A stretch of DNA of 62,242 nt, counting the filler, from Choristocarpus tenellus KU-1152 (Eukaryota > Protista > Phaeophyceae), in NCBI GenBank assembly GCA_964200185.2. It is 10 parts of 10 records of this genome, joined end to end, with 100 filler letters (N's around TTAATTAATTAA, not from the genome) between each part and the next. Parts side by side here need not be neighbours in the genome. Positions count along the whole stretch, not along the records: positions 5,189 to 12,723 come from CAXNAD020005996.1; positions 12,824 to 23,218 come from CAXNAD020002955.1; positions 23,319 to 35,926 come from CAXNAD020001766.1; 7 more parts are not named here. One strand, given 5' to 3'. The translations under genes were made by a program, and so were the position numbers. Position 1 is the first letter of the stretch, and each line of letters opens with the position of its first letter. Of this stretch, positions 12,160-26,192 are shown one piece after another. The notes below the pieces were generated by a model. That model was not told where the DNA came from. It was given only the letters and a program-made list of their open reading frames with translations, and ran no database searches.

Positions 12160-12655
12160 ACTCAGAGGGGAGTGAATAGGTACAGCTTGATATTCTAGGC
12201 CTATAGTCGTGGTCAACTGAAGGTAACAGGGGTCGCCTCTTGAGGTTGCAGTGACAAACGGTATTGCCCTCATTGACACATTCCTTCTTTAATGCGCAAA
12301 AGGGTACGACATTCATTATGTTTGTGGATGTATTCGAGAAGAATAGACTTCATCTCAATCACATCCTTGCCCGACAACCCAATGGTTGCCTCCTCCAAAA
12401 CCTGATTGTTAACCATACATACGAATGCGACAGTATCGTATGGATCTTAGTTGGACTTCTCAACTGATTTGCCTACAATTGCTGGATGCGAGTGAGGAGG
12501 ATGTGGGAGGGGACAGGGTTACTAAGGTGTGAGATGATTCACAGGTCAATCATGAGGTATGCATCAATGAGTGTGATCGCCGACGGACTGAATGCTGACA
12601 GACTCTGAGAGGATGGGATGGTAAATGAGAGCATGGATATCGTGAGCATGGTGGC

Positions 12656-12723
12656 GACCTGAAGTATCTGGGGGGGGGGTCTACACCAGGGTGTCCGTTT
12701 GGGCCAAAATCAGGAAAAGTGCA
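12656..12723 (+). mobile_element. MITE family B, cut by contig end
   Basis: gacctgaagtatctgggg...ctacaccagggtgtcc...ggaaaagtgca. Confidence 0.8.
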
Positions 12724-12855
12724 NNNNNNNNNNNNNNNNNNNNNNNNNNNNNNNNNNNNNNNNNNNNTTAATTAATTAANNNNNNNNNNNNNNNNNNNNN
12801 NNNNNNNNNNNNNNNNNNNNNNNCCCCCCCCAACACACACACACAATAATGGTAT

Positions 12856-15800
12856 CTACTTGATCACCTTGAGCATCTCCGCCCAGCTAAGACCAACATC
12901 CCTCACAAACCAGAGGCACTTCACCGAGAGGTTGTCTTCAACACTCTTCCACAGCACATCAGCCTGCTTCGTCAACACCCGACGCAGGCCCTGCTTCCCC
13001 AACCCAAGCCCCCAGCTCCACTCTCCAGCATCCCCTAACCACTCTGCTCGATCCGGTCCCTCTTTCCCCACGTCTGCTTCCATACAAGCCTCCCCAGGTG
13101 CAGAACCCCTGCCTATTTCTCCCTCTCCAGCAACAGTGACCTCTCTCTCCATCGCCCCCACCCCACCACTCCCAACGAAGTGAGCACTCCCATCCTCTCG
13201 CCACATAGACAGCATTTCCTCAACGGTCTCCCCGTGCTTAGGAGACTGACCACCGTTGACAGCGCCCTTCCCTCCCTCTTCCCTCTGAGGCATGAGAGTC
13301 ATCTTGTGATTCCCTCTGACTCCGCCTCGACTAGCCCCATCCTGAGGTTGAACAAGAGACCCGGCGGCGGTGCCACTACTACATTGAGAAACCTTTTGTG
13401 ATTGGAACGCTGCAGCCTCCTCTCGTTGATCAGGGTTCTGTGTTTCAAACCACTTGACTGTGGGGATGAGTTTCTCCTCCAGGCTCATCGAAAGGATCTG
13501 TTTTTGTGAGTTTGTAATATTTTTGTGAGTTTGTAGGTGCGTTACATGTGCTTAATGCTAGGGCTAGGTTCAGGGTTAGGGTGCACAAGGGTTCGGGAGT
13601 TTGTCCACCGTGTACAGTTCTAAACCCAGGTGTGTGTGTATTACTGTATTGTACATCAAGTGTACGGTCAGGTCATACATGAGTAGATGGGGAACTGGAA
13701 GGTGTGAATGCGGAAGGTAGGGTAATGTTAGAGATGGAGTGGCGGGGGGATGCTGTAAGGGACCTCTTACAATGTGAGTAAGGTAACAAAATGCTTCAAC
13801 TTGGGTTATGAAATGGTGCAACAATACTATATATACCCTCTGCACGGTCATATTCAGTGCATTTATATATATATAAATATTTATCCATTTCTTTGCATAC
13901 TAGAGAGTGATATTGAAGGCAGTCAAGTGAATAGGTTGGTTAGTGCGGAAATGCTCAGGAAGTGGGGGAAAAGCAGGCATACAGACATTGGTTGGCACCA
14001 TGATACATACATTTGGTAATGGCAACAATCACAGGTATAGGCATAGCTCTTTTAACTCTCCTTCTAGATCCTGATATAGCCAATGTTAGCATGCCACGAA
14101 AGCACAACCCAGTGGAACTTGAGCACACACAATCGATACCTCAACACATGCACAAACCTGAACTTTCCACATCTGTCACGACATTGCTTTTCTCACAAAA
14201 CTACAAACTTTCCACTCGATAGCAAATAGAGACATTTCTTGCTGACAAGTGGCGTGCACTGCAAGGCGCATACCTAATAGTAAAGGGCACCAAGACAAGG
14301 AAAAGGTCTACCAAAGAGTGTCCTTCATCCACGATAAGCCAATCACCCCTCCCAACTTACTGCCTTCCCACCCAATAACCCACTCACACCAAACCAGGCC
14401 CCTCACTCCATTACTCAAGCTAGCTATCCAGTACTAGGTCTTACCTTAGGGTGATAGCTGACGCTCTTGACCAGCTCGTCAATCCCCATCCCCACAACCT
14501 GAATGAGGTACTCAGCAACCTCCCTCTCATTCGGCATAAGGTGGCGAAGAAGGAATTCTGGTTGTCGTCGCACCATCTTTTGAAGTACTTCCTTGCTTGC
14601 CCCAAGTTCCTCCGAAAAGAAGAGGACAACGGGTATTGAGCTTCCATCCTTACGGCTGTTGGTGATAAAGTGTGGACGATGGCGAAGTATGAGGGAAATG
14701 TCATCCGCAGTGAGGCCCACCTGAATAAGACGAAGCGGGGCCAAGGCTGCATGATATTGCGATAGAGAAGAACGAACAGGTTTGGCCACCGAAAAAGGCG
14801 TAAATGCAGAACAGGGCTAATGGTGCAGGGGATAGGGAAGGGGGCTTGAGATGTGCTGGTTGCTGGATCCAGCATACCGGTCGACCTGTTTCGTATCAGC
14901 ACGAACCGACAATCAGAAAACAAACGTTTGTGTTGTCAGGTGCTCGATAGTAGGAAGTATTGCAATGATGCCCAGGGGCTCTTGACTCATAATCGTCACT
15001 GGTACGGTTCTAGGCAAGGGGATGAAGATGGCATCTGGGCATTACTTCATGGCCAATGACACAGGAAATGCACCAACAACCTGTACGCATCCAGCAGGTC
15101 CTCACTCCCTCGCGTTACGTGGGTTCTATAGGGATATGGCTATCATCCACCCCATGGCATCACCCTCCTCTTACCTCTCCAAGGAAATATGCGACCTCTT
15201 CGACCGTCTCGAGCGGCAGGAGCAATAGCGACGGATTCGTCACAACTAGATGACAAGCTTCCCTTGCTGTGATCCCATCCTGTGCCCTCCAGAAACCAGA
15301 GGGGCAATGGCTGGATCGTGAGGGTTGCGATTTGTATTCAGGTGTAAGGATACTCTGTGGCAATAATTTTTCCTCCCCTGAGTAGCAGGCATTCATTCCT
15401 CTGCGCTCCGTAATGCATTGGAGCAAAGAGCGGTCTCTGCATTGATACGCTATCACTTGTGTTCGATCACCTTCTTCCGAAAACAATCGAGTCTCTGACA
15501 CAGCTCCTCTGCCTCGCACAGGAGTAGTGATGGCTCGCTAAGCAACACCCCCCTAGCTGACTCACGAGATCCTTCCAACGCTGAGACCAAGCAACGACAG
15601 AGGTTTTCCAGTCGAGTCTTAGAGGCTATCATCTCCGTGCCATCTTTCCTCAAAAGGTCCTCTGTAACTCCAGGAGCGGAGCCCTTCAGCGATTCGAGCT
15701 CATGGAATTCGGTTACGGAGAGCGACAACTCATCGAGTAAAATTTTATCAAGAAGAGGCATGCAGGAGCTCCGGGAGTCCACAGCCGGGGTGCCAGAGGC

Positions 15801-16052
15801 ATCTAAGCATGCTAACGTACTAGGATACCTCCCATATGTGACCAGTTTATTAAACTGTGAACGCACCAATAAAGGGTACTTGGGAGACACGGCATTCAGG
15901 TCAAAGCGAGCACCTGTGCCAAGACGGAGTAGCAGAGAGGTAGGGGGGGAGGAAAAGGCAGCACTTGACGCGACAAAAACCATTGTACATTGTGTGGGGT
16001 GTTGGAAGTGAGCATGCACCAGCCCTAACACTAAATACCTCAACATTCGCAT
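12856..16052 (-). CDS. mTERF-family protein, probably organelle-targeted; 3' end likely beyond the contig
   Basis: Exons 16052-15471, 14720-14445 and 13497 to ~12860, with GT-AG phase-0 junctions. mTERF-like repeats (LGASKEVLQKMVRRQPEFL; YHPK|ILSMSLEEKLIPTVKWF; LRRVLTKQADVLWKSVEDNL). Hydrophobic N-terminus followed by SSAAF. Confidence 0.8.
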
Positions 16053-16142
16053 CAACACTTCTCCTTACCCATTCTCCTGTCTTCTCACACTCGCAGGACT
16101 CAATTGTCCGAATCTATAGAGCAGGTTGCACGTTATAGCTCC

Positions 16143-17262
16143 ATGTGGACAACTGTGAGGATCACAAGTCGAAAGGCCATGCTAGCACCAATTTCGTCAA
16201 GGTCCCTTAGCGCTCAAGGTCAAGTTGGTTCTCTTGTGTGTCGAGTTTCCTTGAGATTTGTGACACGACAATACCCGTAACCTTGAACTCGCGTGAGGTC
16301 TCGGCACCCAAATCGCTCATCTTCATGCAGATAATTCGCCGGCGAAGATTGCAGCGCTTGTATACAGCTTCGTGGATGGGATGTTGGAAAAGCGAACACC
16401 CCACCGGTCTGAGCATCTCGACCTCCTTAACAAGATGACCAACGACGGAACTTGCCTCATGGGTGGGTCCACGCTTTCTCTACTTTTGCGGTGACGAAGG
16501 AACCTTTCGAGCTTATTCGTGCATGACAATAGACTGAAACCGGGTGCAGGGAGACCCTCCCCTGAGTAAATGTAGAGTTCAGTTGTTCTAAACTGTGTGA
16601 TGCTTATTTCTCATTAGTGGATCTCCTGTTGCCCTACTATGATGCCTTTGGGGAGCATCCTGTCCTAGGAAGCTCTAATCAAAGAACGCTATAACACGCG
16701 TGCTGCTAGGTGGTGCCTTTGCGGATCCCTGCGATGGATCTGTGGTATTCTTCTCTAGTCGCGACAAGGCTCAAGAGTTCCTGGAGAGCGACCCCTACTT
16801 CAGATATGACCTCGTCACATCATACCAGGTACCATAATGTGTTAGGCACTCTAGCGACGGGAATGTGTACATATCCGCCACTAGGCTTGTTCAAACTTGT
16901 AGTGTGGAGGTATTGATCCTTAGAGGTTGTGTGCTTTCACTCTGCAATTGGCTTCGATCCTTTCGAATGGAAATGGTGGCAATCGGTAGAAAATGCCTTG
17001 GAATCCGTAGTATCTGTCCATTTCTTCCTTTGGCAATGTGCTCCATAGTTTCGTTCTAACAAATGCTCCTAAAATAAGACTTGGTGTTTGCCACACAATG
17101 GCTCCCTTCACACTGATGAGAGGATGACTATCATAGATCATCCTGTCAGTTACAACTGGAAAATTGCTCACTGCTATCCCTTCCAATGCCATGGATCTGT
17201 TGAACCTGTGAGCGCAGATCCGTGATTATATGGCAGTGACTGGCTCTCTCCTGAAGAAGTGA
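16143..17262 (+). CDS. YciI/YCII-domain protein (123 aa) with a mitochondrial-type presequence
   Basis: Exons 16143-16218, 16331-16462, 16710-16828 and 17218-17262 splice in frame (372 nt): MWTTVRITSRK...YSFVDGMLEKRTPHRSEHLDLL...MGGAFADPCDGSVVFF...FLESDPYF...IRDY. Not visible in the ORF track. Confidence 0.88.
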
Positions 17263-18719
17263 CCTGATGCTTGAGATGTCTTTCTCTAAAACTGGTGGGT
17301 TGTACTTTTCCACGCATTGACCATTTGGGGTCCCTAGAGTCCTACGGTCACCTTTTTCAATAATCTATTGTAAGCAGATGGTGAGTTACACATTGCTTAT
17401 GACAAGGAAGGAATGTGGCGTCCAGTGGCAGAGTTTAAAGTTTTGCCCAGGGTGACGGAAACTGTGGGTACCAAGTTCACGTTGATCCTGGCCAGGAGCT
17501 AAACTTGAACCATGGAGCTCTAGTTCTTCCACCATTAAGTGCTGAGTACAACTAGAGGTATTTTGCAAACGTTTTTTTCCCTGTTTACTGATACTCATAC
17601 AGGCTACATAGTATTTCACAATTTTTATCTTGGCCTACCCCATCCAATTTCCTCCCCTTCAAAGGTACCTTATTGCTGACGTGTTTGGTCCAGTGAACTA
17701 AGGACAACTTGAGTGGTAGTTACTGCATCTATCTACTCCTTTGTCATTTTCGTATGCTTTGGTCTTGCTGGTCACACTGCACAGATAGGGCTGCTTTATA
17801 TTCCTTAGCCCCCAACACCGACATCTCTCTACTCCCTGTTATTTCTCACTCACCCAACCTGAGGAAATGCCTTTGGGGTGAAGAAGCAAGATTGAGAGAG
17901 AGTTGTATTACTCCTGTGCAAATTGATTTTTCAAGTGTCAAGGTCTCCTTTGCACTGTAGAGAGAGTTTTTTGTGTATGGCTCACACAGCAAGGCAATGG
18001 TTGTGCCCTACCTACCTCTATAATTTCATTGCTATTACATCATGTATTTTTTCCGGCCATTCACAGTGTTGTTCATGGCATTGCTTTTGGGCGATATCAA
18101 TCCACTCCCAAGATTTATTCTTGACCGAACAGCTGTATTGGCCTTCTCACACAAGCAGCAGCTTCGAGTGACCACTGGTACTCTGAGGTTGGCTGCCAAG
18201 GCAACCATCTGAATATATGTATATTTAGTATCCAATAGCTCCCAATCAATAGAACTAAAAAATCGCTTTATTTTTCTTGTTTTTTATTGCAGTTCACTTC
18301 TACATAGTTGGTACCTTGGAAAGGTTGTGTGTGCAGGTTATCCTTGCCTGAGATGCGCAAGTGTGTAGATGGCAACAATGGAAGTTGTGCCTTGTACTCT
18401 TGATTAGAACCTCAAAGCAACACAACTCTCTGTGTTATTGGTATTTTTTGCTGTTGTCTCTATGCCTACAGAGTTGAGTGACCATATATTCTTGGCCTTT
18501 CCGTCTTTGGTTGGGATACAAGATAGGCCCTGGTCCAATAGATTACATGTTGTCGAGGGACTTGAGATACAAGGTTGGTACCGACAAAGTACTGATAACT
18601 GTACTTGTACCATGTGCTGCCTGTGCCGATCCCAAAGACTGTGTACAGTGGGATAAAGTAGTCCACCCACGTGGCAACACTGACTTCACCTAGAGGACAC
18701 CTTGGCACAGAGAGTTAGA

Positions 18720-19852
18720 TCACGTTGGAAATGATATATCTATTGATAGACCCGCATTGATGATCTTGGAGTAAGCACTCTCCAGGCTCTTGGATAGCTC
18801 CATGTGACGGACGCTCTCCTGCTTGAGCTTGGCCTCGAAAGAACCCTCATCCACACGAGCAACTGCAAGCTGTGAAGGCATAATTAATTGGGAAGTCTGT
18901 AAGCATTGCAAGCTTCACATGGTGACACATTTCTTGAGTTAAAGACTGCAATTTCTGGGAATACTTCAATCAACTTTCATCTTTGAAATCCCCTGATGGA
19001 TGTGTTGTTGATGTATCTTTTTCCCTCATCCTCACCATCTCCAGTAGTAGTTGGTTTTCGAACTTGACAGCATTCCGTTGCTCCTCAACTTCTATTGCTG
19101 TGGCCTTGGCACCCAACAGCTCACGCTGCAGTTCCAACATGTCCTCACGAAGACGTTGGTTCTCAGCCAAGAGCTTTGAATATTCTCCAGACTCTTTTTA
19201 ATCATGTGTGCAGGTTCAGTGAGTTAAACACGAAGGTAAGAGGCCCGTTTGGGTGGCGGTGCCAGTCAGTAGGCAGCAGTATCTGTTTAGACAAACTTTT
19301 AATTTTGTCGTACTTTCGAAGTCGTGTCCTTCAAGGTACTTATCTCCTACAATGAGGGAGATCCAAGATACATACAAATCATATCCTAGCCCCAGCAACG
19401 TAAGGGAAGTTGGTGTGCCTTTGTGCTGTAGTAGCTGGCAGACTAAATGTAGTTCTGCCGTGCTCATCGACCAGACCTAAGTCAAGGACAAAGCAAGACA
19501 GCAGGTCGTGGGAGAGTCGAGGCTTCACTTACCAAGCTTCCACCCAGTTTCTGTAAGCTTGATGGCGTTGGATCCAAGTTGGATTTCCACAGGTAGGGTA
19601 TCCTTTGTCTTGTTCAAGTTGCTGTGCGAGATATATTGATGTCAGAGTCTTAGTCTAGGGGGCAAAGGCACCTGCAGTCGGAGTTGTCTGTACCACCACA
19701 TATCTATCCAGGCAATATCCAGGATTCAAAATGAAGTCATAAACCATTGGTTTGGTCCAAATGCAACATAAAAGAGATGGATGCAAGCACCTTCCATGAT
19801 AGGGGTGTTCGACATTTCTTGTGACACCTAATTGTTTGAGCCTCGGCACCAT
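18720..19852 (-). CDS. Chibby-like small coiled-coil protein (152 aa)
   Basis: Exons 19852-19791, 19621-19533, 19193-19036 and 18869-18720 total 459 nt in frame. PVEIQLGSNAIKLTETGW and EEQRNAVKFENQLLLEML resemble Chibby-family motifs. The first exon is the least certain. Confidence 0.65.
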
Positions 19853-20029
19853 TATGAGCACAATGCTGGGGAAGTCGGGGGAATGTGAATTGTGAATTGT
19901 GTCCTTTTTTTGTCTTCTGAATTTTCTGTGGGTTATTGATCGAATTGATCGGTTTCACAACGCCTCGGCGCTCGAACTCCCGTAACGACCCCATCAACCT
20001 CGTAGGTACAGATCACAAAGAGCAGGTAG

Positions 20030-23000
20030 ATGTCACCTCCATTAGGGCTACAATCTCTCATGAGTCGATATGGCACAGGTCGATACAATAGTACTAATCT
20101 AGGCGCTTTCAATGGGAATGGTCTGCACAATACGAAGGCCGTTCTGTTGGCATTGAGAAGTCTACAGGAAAAAGTAAAGAGTCTAGAGGTGAGTTGTATC
20201 TCAATCATATATTTTAGAAATTCCAGGCGTTAGGCGCTCACTAAATCACGTTAAAATTGCTTAGACATTTTGGGCATTTTAAATTAGGTATGGGGCGATA
20301 TTTGTTTAGATACGGGCGAGTGGGATCGGTGCGTCACCACAGAGGTGTTAAACATCCAATCGCCCACATGCTCCCCCCAATTGGACTCCTCAACGAAGGC
20401 GGAGAAAGACAGGGCATCTGATAGTTTTGTGACCATGAAAAAGGAGTTAACGAGGCGGCAGACAGACCTCAACCACTCACGAGAGATAGAGGCTCTGGCA
20501 TCCCAGGAGCAAGAAGCAGCCTCTCGCCTAGCTTACGAAAAGCTACTTGCTGAAAAAAGTGCTGCTGATGTTCGCCTGGAGCAGGCACAAGTGAGATATC
20601 GATCCCTTAGTAGAACCCCATCCACAGTGATTATTATATTATCGTTCTGTGGTTGCTCCTTTGAACTTTTGTGCTATCATAGGTGACGCTAACATATCCT
20701 TGGACACCACCCTACTGCTACATGCGCGCAGGAGCACAAGCGTCAGACCAGGATCATGTGTCAAACTTTCCGAGAACGAGCCCAAGAAGCTTCTATTTCG
20801 AGAGTGTCAGCAGAGGCTAGAGTGACTGTGCTTGAAAATCAAACTGAGAATATGGAGAAGCAGGTCAATGAATTAAGGTAGTGGTGAGAAGCAGGAACCT
20901 GTCCTAAGTGTGCAACAGATACTGTAGTTGAGAGCCAATTCAACCTACTCTTCCTCTTACTTTTCTTAATCTGTCCTTTGTGTGTGTTGCACAAGCTCTG
21001 TTTTTGTTATCCTTTTGCACCACGAACATGTGTTCAGCGTGTTCATTCCCAGTGAACCTAGCTTGGTTGAAGCGAATTCCTCAGCTGTTTTTGTTGGTAG
21101 AGCTTCACCATGCCATGTACGAATTACAAATAGGGCGCTATGCTCCAATGGGCCAAAGAGACACGCCCCCCCCCTCAAAGACCATCCACTTCCTTGTCAC
21201 TCACAGGTAGAGGACTGCCGTGCTAATCGGGAGCAAGCACACAAGTCGGCAGTTTCAGATGCAGAGAGAACCGCCTCTCAGCTAGCTTCACTAGGCGATC
21301 GTGTTGAGGTTGGTGACATCTTACGTGTGACTTGTTCTATGACTGATGCTCTGTGTTTTGAATCGGTTAGCATCCCTTGGAGGTGCTTCATAATTTACAC
21401 TCTAGCAAGAAACTCTCAACAAAACTCGTATGCAATGAAAGGACTGGGTGACAAAGGATGCAGTGGGGGGAGGGGGAATTGCAAGCTATTCCAGCGCCAG
21501 TCATGGCGGTGCCTCCTTTAAGCCTCTGCAACTTTACTGGGATGTTCTGTCACACCTCCTGTGGCATGATAGAGTAGATATCAGATGGACGCAAATATTG
21601 TTTCTTCAAGCTCGTTCTGAATTTGTGAGAACACCACGTTTACTTGTTCATACTTCAAGGCACCTGTGTGCCCACAACAGAGATAACATGCCAGATGCAC
21701 TTTGTCCAGGCAACCTTACATCGTTGAAGTGCATGTTTGGACTGGGTATATCTGGGAGTCAGTGTTAAGTTCGTATTTTGGCTCGGATACACGATTTTGG
21801 TCGCTCACAGATAATGTGTGCATGCTTTGTACCTGTGACACACATTTGGTGGGACTGCACAGACAGGTCAACCAAGCAAAACCGGGAGATTAACTCATAT
21901 AGGTGCTAGATGATCACAATTAAAAGGAAATCTATCTCTTTCAAGTGACCACCTCCTGACAACAAGCCAATATCCAGCATTGTGGCACCTTGGGAGATAT
22001 CAATCACTCTCACCTACCTCTCCATATTTTTTTTCATTTTCCACTAACATATACACACATGATAATGCAGGCACTAAGAGAGGCGTTGAAGGCTGAAAAA
22101 TCTGCCAAGGACATTGCAGAAGCCGAAAAGGAACAGATCCTCCACGCTAGACAACATTCCGATCACTTTATTGAGGGCATCCTGGCTGTCAACCAGGCCC
22201 TTGTTGTGAAGGCTGGCATGCTGCACACTCCCAGTGCTTTGGCGCCTGAAACAGGGGCAGTACATTGTAGGACCAGAACAGTCACAGGTAACAGCAAAGG
22301 AAGGAGCATGAGGCGGAAAGGAAAGAGTCGGAAACCGTACAAGAGTGTAGTGAATGCTTGTCTTGATGAGAACCACGGCAACCAAGAGTGGGGTGAGGTG
22401 ATGGGGAGGGTGGTAGACCAGGTACTTAGTTCGAACAGTCAGAGGACCAGGACTGGGACCAGAGTAGGTGGCGGGGAGCATGCAGGAAAGGAGGAGGCGA
22501 CCACAGCACTAGAGGCCCTTTATGAGCGTATTGGCTTTGGCATCCTCCGTGATAGGTCTGAATATATACCTAGCTACGAGGGCACAGCAACAGGGAGGAG
22601 GAAAATGCCCCAGGCAGGTTCAGAGACGGATCTGAAGGGTGGAGTCAAGACTGGGGAAGAGAGTCTTGGTGACTTAGCCGGAACTTCCCATGGAGTGTCT
22701 TGTGCACAAGAGGGGTTAAGCAGTAGCAGTCAAATAGTTTTAGGGAATTGTTGTAAGGAGGGAGGATGTCAAGAATGTGTTAGTTCTTGGGGGGATATGG
22801 ATGAGGAAACACCACAAGTTATGGCACATCTACCCCCCTCACCGTCCAGCTCGATGCCTCGTGGGTACTCATTTGCGAACTCCCCCCTGCCCCCAAGAGT
22901 GGGGATTAAGGAGAGGATGTCTGCATTGGACAGAGGACACCTGTGCAAGGCCAGGGAACGGTTGGAGGGGCTCTTGGAACAGCTGCAGGGGGAGCACTTC

Positions 23001-23036
23001 AAGGCTGAGCGGCGTTATAGAAACCTCCTACGAAAA
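20030..23036 (+). CDS. CEP57: CEP57-like centrosomal protein, 3' incomplete
   Basis: Exons 20030-20188, 20399-20590, 20732-20863, 21207-21308 and 22071-23036. NTKAVLLALRSLQEKVKSLE resembles the CEP57 N-terminal motif, followed by coiled coil; LEGLLEQLQGEH resembles the C-terminal microtubule-binding domain. Confidence 0.75.
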
Positions 23037-23367
23037 GTGAGTGAGTTGAGGATGTTAACATACGTCAATTGGATGTTTGGTAAATGGGTCTGTGCAAATA
23101 GTGGATGACATGTGGGGCGGACTCTCTTCTGCTGCAAAGACTGTTTCTACACACTTGCATTTTGTGTGGTGACATCAGGCACATTACAATCCGTGCCCTT
23201 AACTTCTTTTGGGGGGGGNNNNNNNNNNNNNNNNNNNNNNNNNNNNNNNNNNNNNNNNNNNNTTAATTAATTAANNNNNNNNNNNNNNNNNNNNNNNNNN
23301 NNNNNNNNNNNNNNNNNNGTGTCTTCTGTGTTTCGGGTTGACTTGTTGCCGAGCCGGTCTGCTGTGT

Positions 23368-23508
23368 CGGGGGGGTGTGGGTGGGGGTCTACACCAGGGT
23401 GCCCATTTGGGTCAAAATCAGGAAAAGTGCCTTTACATTATCCATCGGACGTTTGCAACCAAATCACCCTAATGGATAGCCGCCGCCACCCCCCAGATAC
23501 TTTGAGCC
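23368..23508 (+). mobile_element. MITE family B, deleted copy
   Basis: Family B internal sequence plus right TIR ccccagatactttgagcc. Confidence 0.85.
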
Positions 23509-26192
23509 TGCAGGTCTAGTCCATCTTGCCCCGTGAATCTCTTCACGACCCTTCCTTGCCTGAGTGAACCATGCCGCCACAGAATCATATGATTCATACA
23601 TTATTCGATAACAGAAGGTCTCTTTGGTTTTGGGTAAAATTTTATTGGCTTAGACTTCATTTTGTTAGTTCTTGTCCCCATCATCGCAACAAGAAGTACG
23701 AAATATCTTTGAAATTTCGGATGTAATACTCCAGAGTATATTTTACGATCATGAGGGCTGGATACTGGGCTGGGTTTCAGTTGGAGCAGATATGAGGAAC
23801 CTGGCTGTGGACCAGGCCCTTCAACAAATAAGTTCTTATGTCCAGATTGGCCCCCCCGGGTCTGCCTTCGTGAACCTATTAAGGCCTCCTGCCGGCCAGG
23901 TCAAATTCTTTTTTTCCTAAGTGTGGTTGTAATCTTCAAAACACTGTATTCTCTGAGTCGGTGTAGGGGTATTTTTTAAGTGTATTTTAGAATTATTTTT
24001 TTGTACGAAATTGCAGCTGCTAATAGTACCTAAAAGGTTTTCTGATGTATGTAATCACAGGAGAAACAAGATAGAGCACCTTCTCGAGACACACAAATCA
24101 ATTTATTATCACCAGACGGTTCAAATACTCACCGCCACTTCTCATGCGTGCAGTATGTGCCAAAAAGCACAAAAACCAACAGCAATTGGGGCCTCACTCA
24201 CTAGAATTACAAGAAGATGTCTACCCTCAACCAGTGTCTCTGCTGGCAGTGTGTGTGTTTCGAAGGAGGTGGATATGATATGGTGAAATGAACTAGTGAT
24301 ACTATGGCAAATCATGATGATGCAGTACTTTAGCTGTGCGGACGTCATCAGGAGGAAGCTACCTGAGGAGGGCATGGTGCTGGGCGATCCTTCACATGAT
24401 CCCAAGACAGAGTTAGTTCATCCTGGTTGCTCATCATAAGCTCACAATCAATGTTGACATTATGTGCATGTTGTGCTTTCAAACGGCAAGACTGCCAGTA
24501 AGTACCTTGGCTGAATTGGCAATGACTTCGGAATACAAAGCTCCAATGTACTCTCGAAACCATTATCGCGAGCACTCTGCGTAAGGGTTTGTCACTCTGT
24601 ATCATAAATACAGGTTACCTACATCACTCTGTAGCGCTACATACGTCTCATGGTTCTGAGGTGGTACAGAGGAAAGGGGAGTTGACACTACTGGTTCAAT
24701 TGACTTGGGCTACTTGTTTTAGGTATAAAATAGTTTTGAGAGGAGTTGGGATAGTTTCAGCCCAAAAATCGGTGTTGTAGTGACCAAATTGCCAGACGGA
24801 ATTTTGATCCCCTCGTCGTGGAGAGTGCCAATGGCATTTCATTTCTTTCTTCCAATTCCCAACAATTCATGAGGCATCACCCTGTCCAAATTGGGGATTG
24901 TGTTACATGGGCCATAGTACACCTAGGACAATTCGAACAATAAAGTTGATGCAATCTGAAGAGGAAGACGTGCTCAGATAGTCCAAAGCCAAACACATGC
25001 ATCCCTCCCTCCCATGTAAACAGCAGCAAATAGCAAAAGAAGAGCAAACACAATAGGACCATGATGGTGAGCAGAAAATGTTCCACTCCATGTCTGTGAG
25101 GGACGACAGTTGAGACCAAGTCTCGAGAACTGCTCATTCATATAGCAATGTTGATACAAGTGCAGCTCAAGGCTTATCTTTAGCTTAGCTACAGCTGCAG
25201 ACAGGTGTCACAACTGGGGAACCACAACATGCACAAAATGTGTGTTTCCTGAGAGGAAAAAGCCGGTAACCAACCTTACACCATGATAACCGAAACCTCT
25301 TCCTTCACTCTGCATAATCTGATTGTGTGAGAAACTATTCATACATTGTAGGGATATTTTGAGAGGCAATAATTGTGCGAGAGATCTTCTCATCCTTTTA
25401 AGAAACCAAAGAAGCACAACCCAGGCAAATCAGGGTGTCCCCCATGACCATATGTGCCCCACCTTAACATCAACAGTTTATCTCTTTGGATAAGGACCGC
25501 ATATCATCAACTTCTGTAACAACTTCGGAACTGGAAATTACCCAAAAAGTCAATCTTGCAACAATATCACCCTATTCCTACATGCAGGAAACCTGCTTAG
25601 AGTAAGCAAATGTCAGATTCCAAGGCAAGCTATTGTCAGGGGTGGGGTGGAGGGAGCAGGGACTATTTCCTGATTACTACATGTACTGTAGTACAGGAGG
25701 TATTCCTTCAAGAGATATGACTGGTGCATGTTGTCGGACAGTGTCCAGCAAGGTACCTTCCAGTCTGCCACCATAGCATCTTCCTTGCCAACCAAAACAT
25801 CATTTAACAATAACACAACGAAGCCAGGGTATGCAAAAGATCTACTGTGTGGGCGACAGCCCGTACGACCAGCAATTCAACAAATACAGCAAGTTGCAGG
25901 CTCAATATGAGAACAGGCCAGTCACCAAACAATGTCAAACAGGAAGCAGTGACTACACCTCAGCAAGGCGTTGTTGCCCCACCAGGTGCTTGGTACTGGC
26001 AGACTATGATCAGCCAGAAGATTATAAAAGAGACAAAACAAGTTTGTGCTGAGAATGGAACTCATCTAGACCAACCTCCTCCAAAGGAAGTGCCACAGGG
26101 CCAAAGAGTGCCCTGTAGCCACAAAGCTATACCAAAAAAATTGTAAATGCGCATGACACAATACACCATGCCCACTCTAATATCCTGTCCAA

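Noticed and set aside
23520-26150. Short ORFs downstream of PGAM
   Set aside because: No recognisable domain or consistent splice pattern; probably decayed repeats or UTR.
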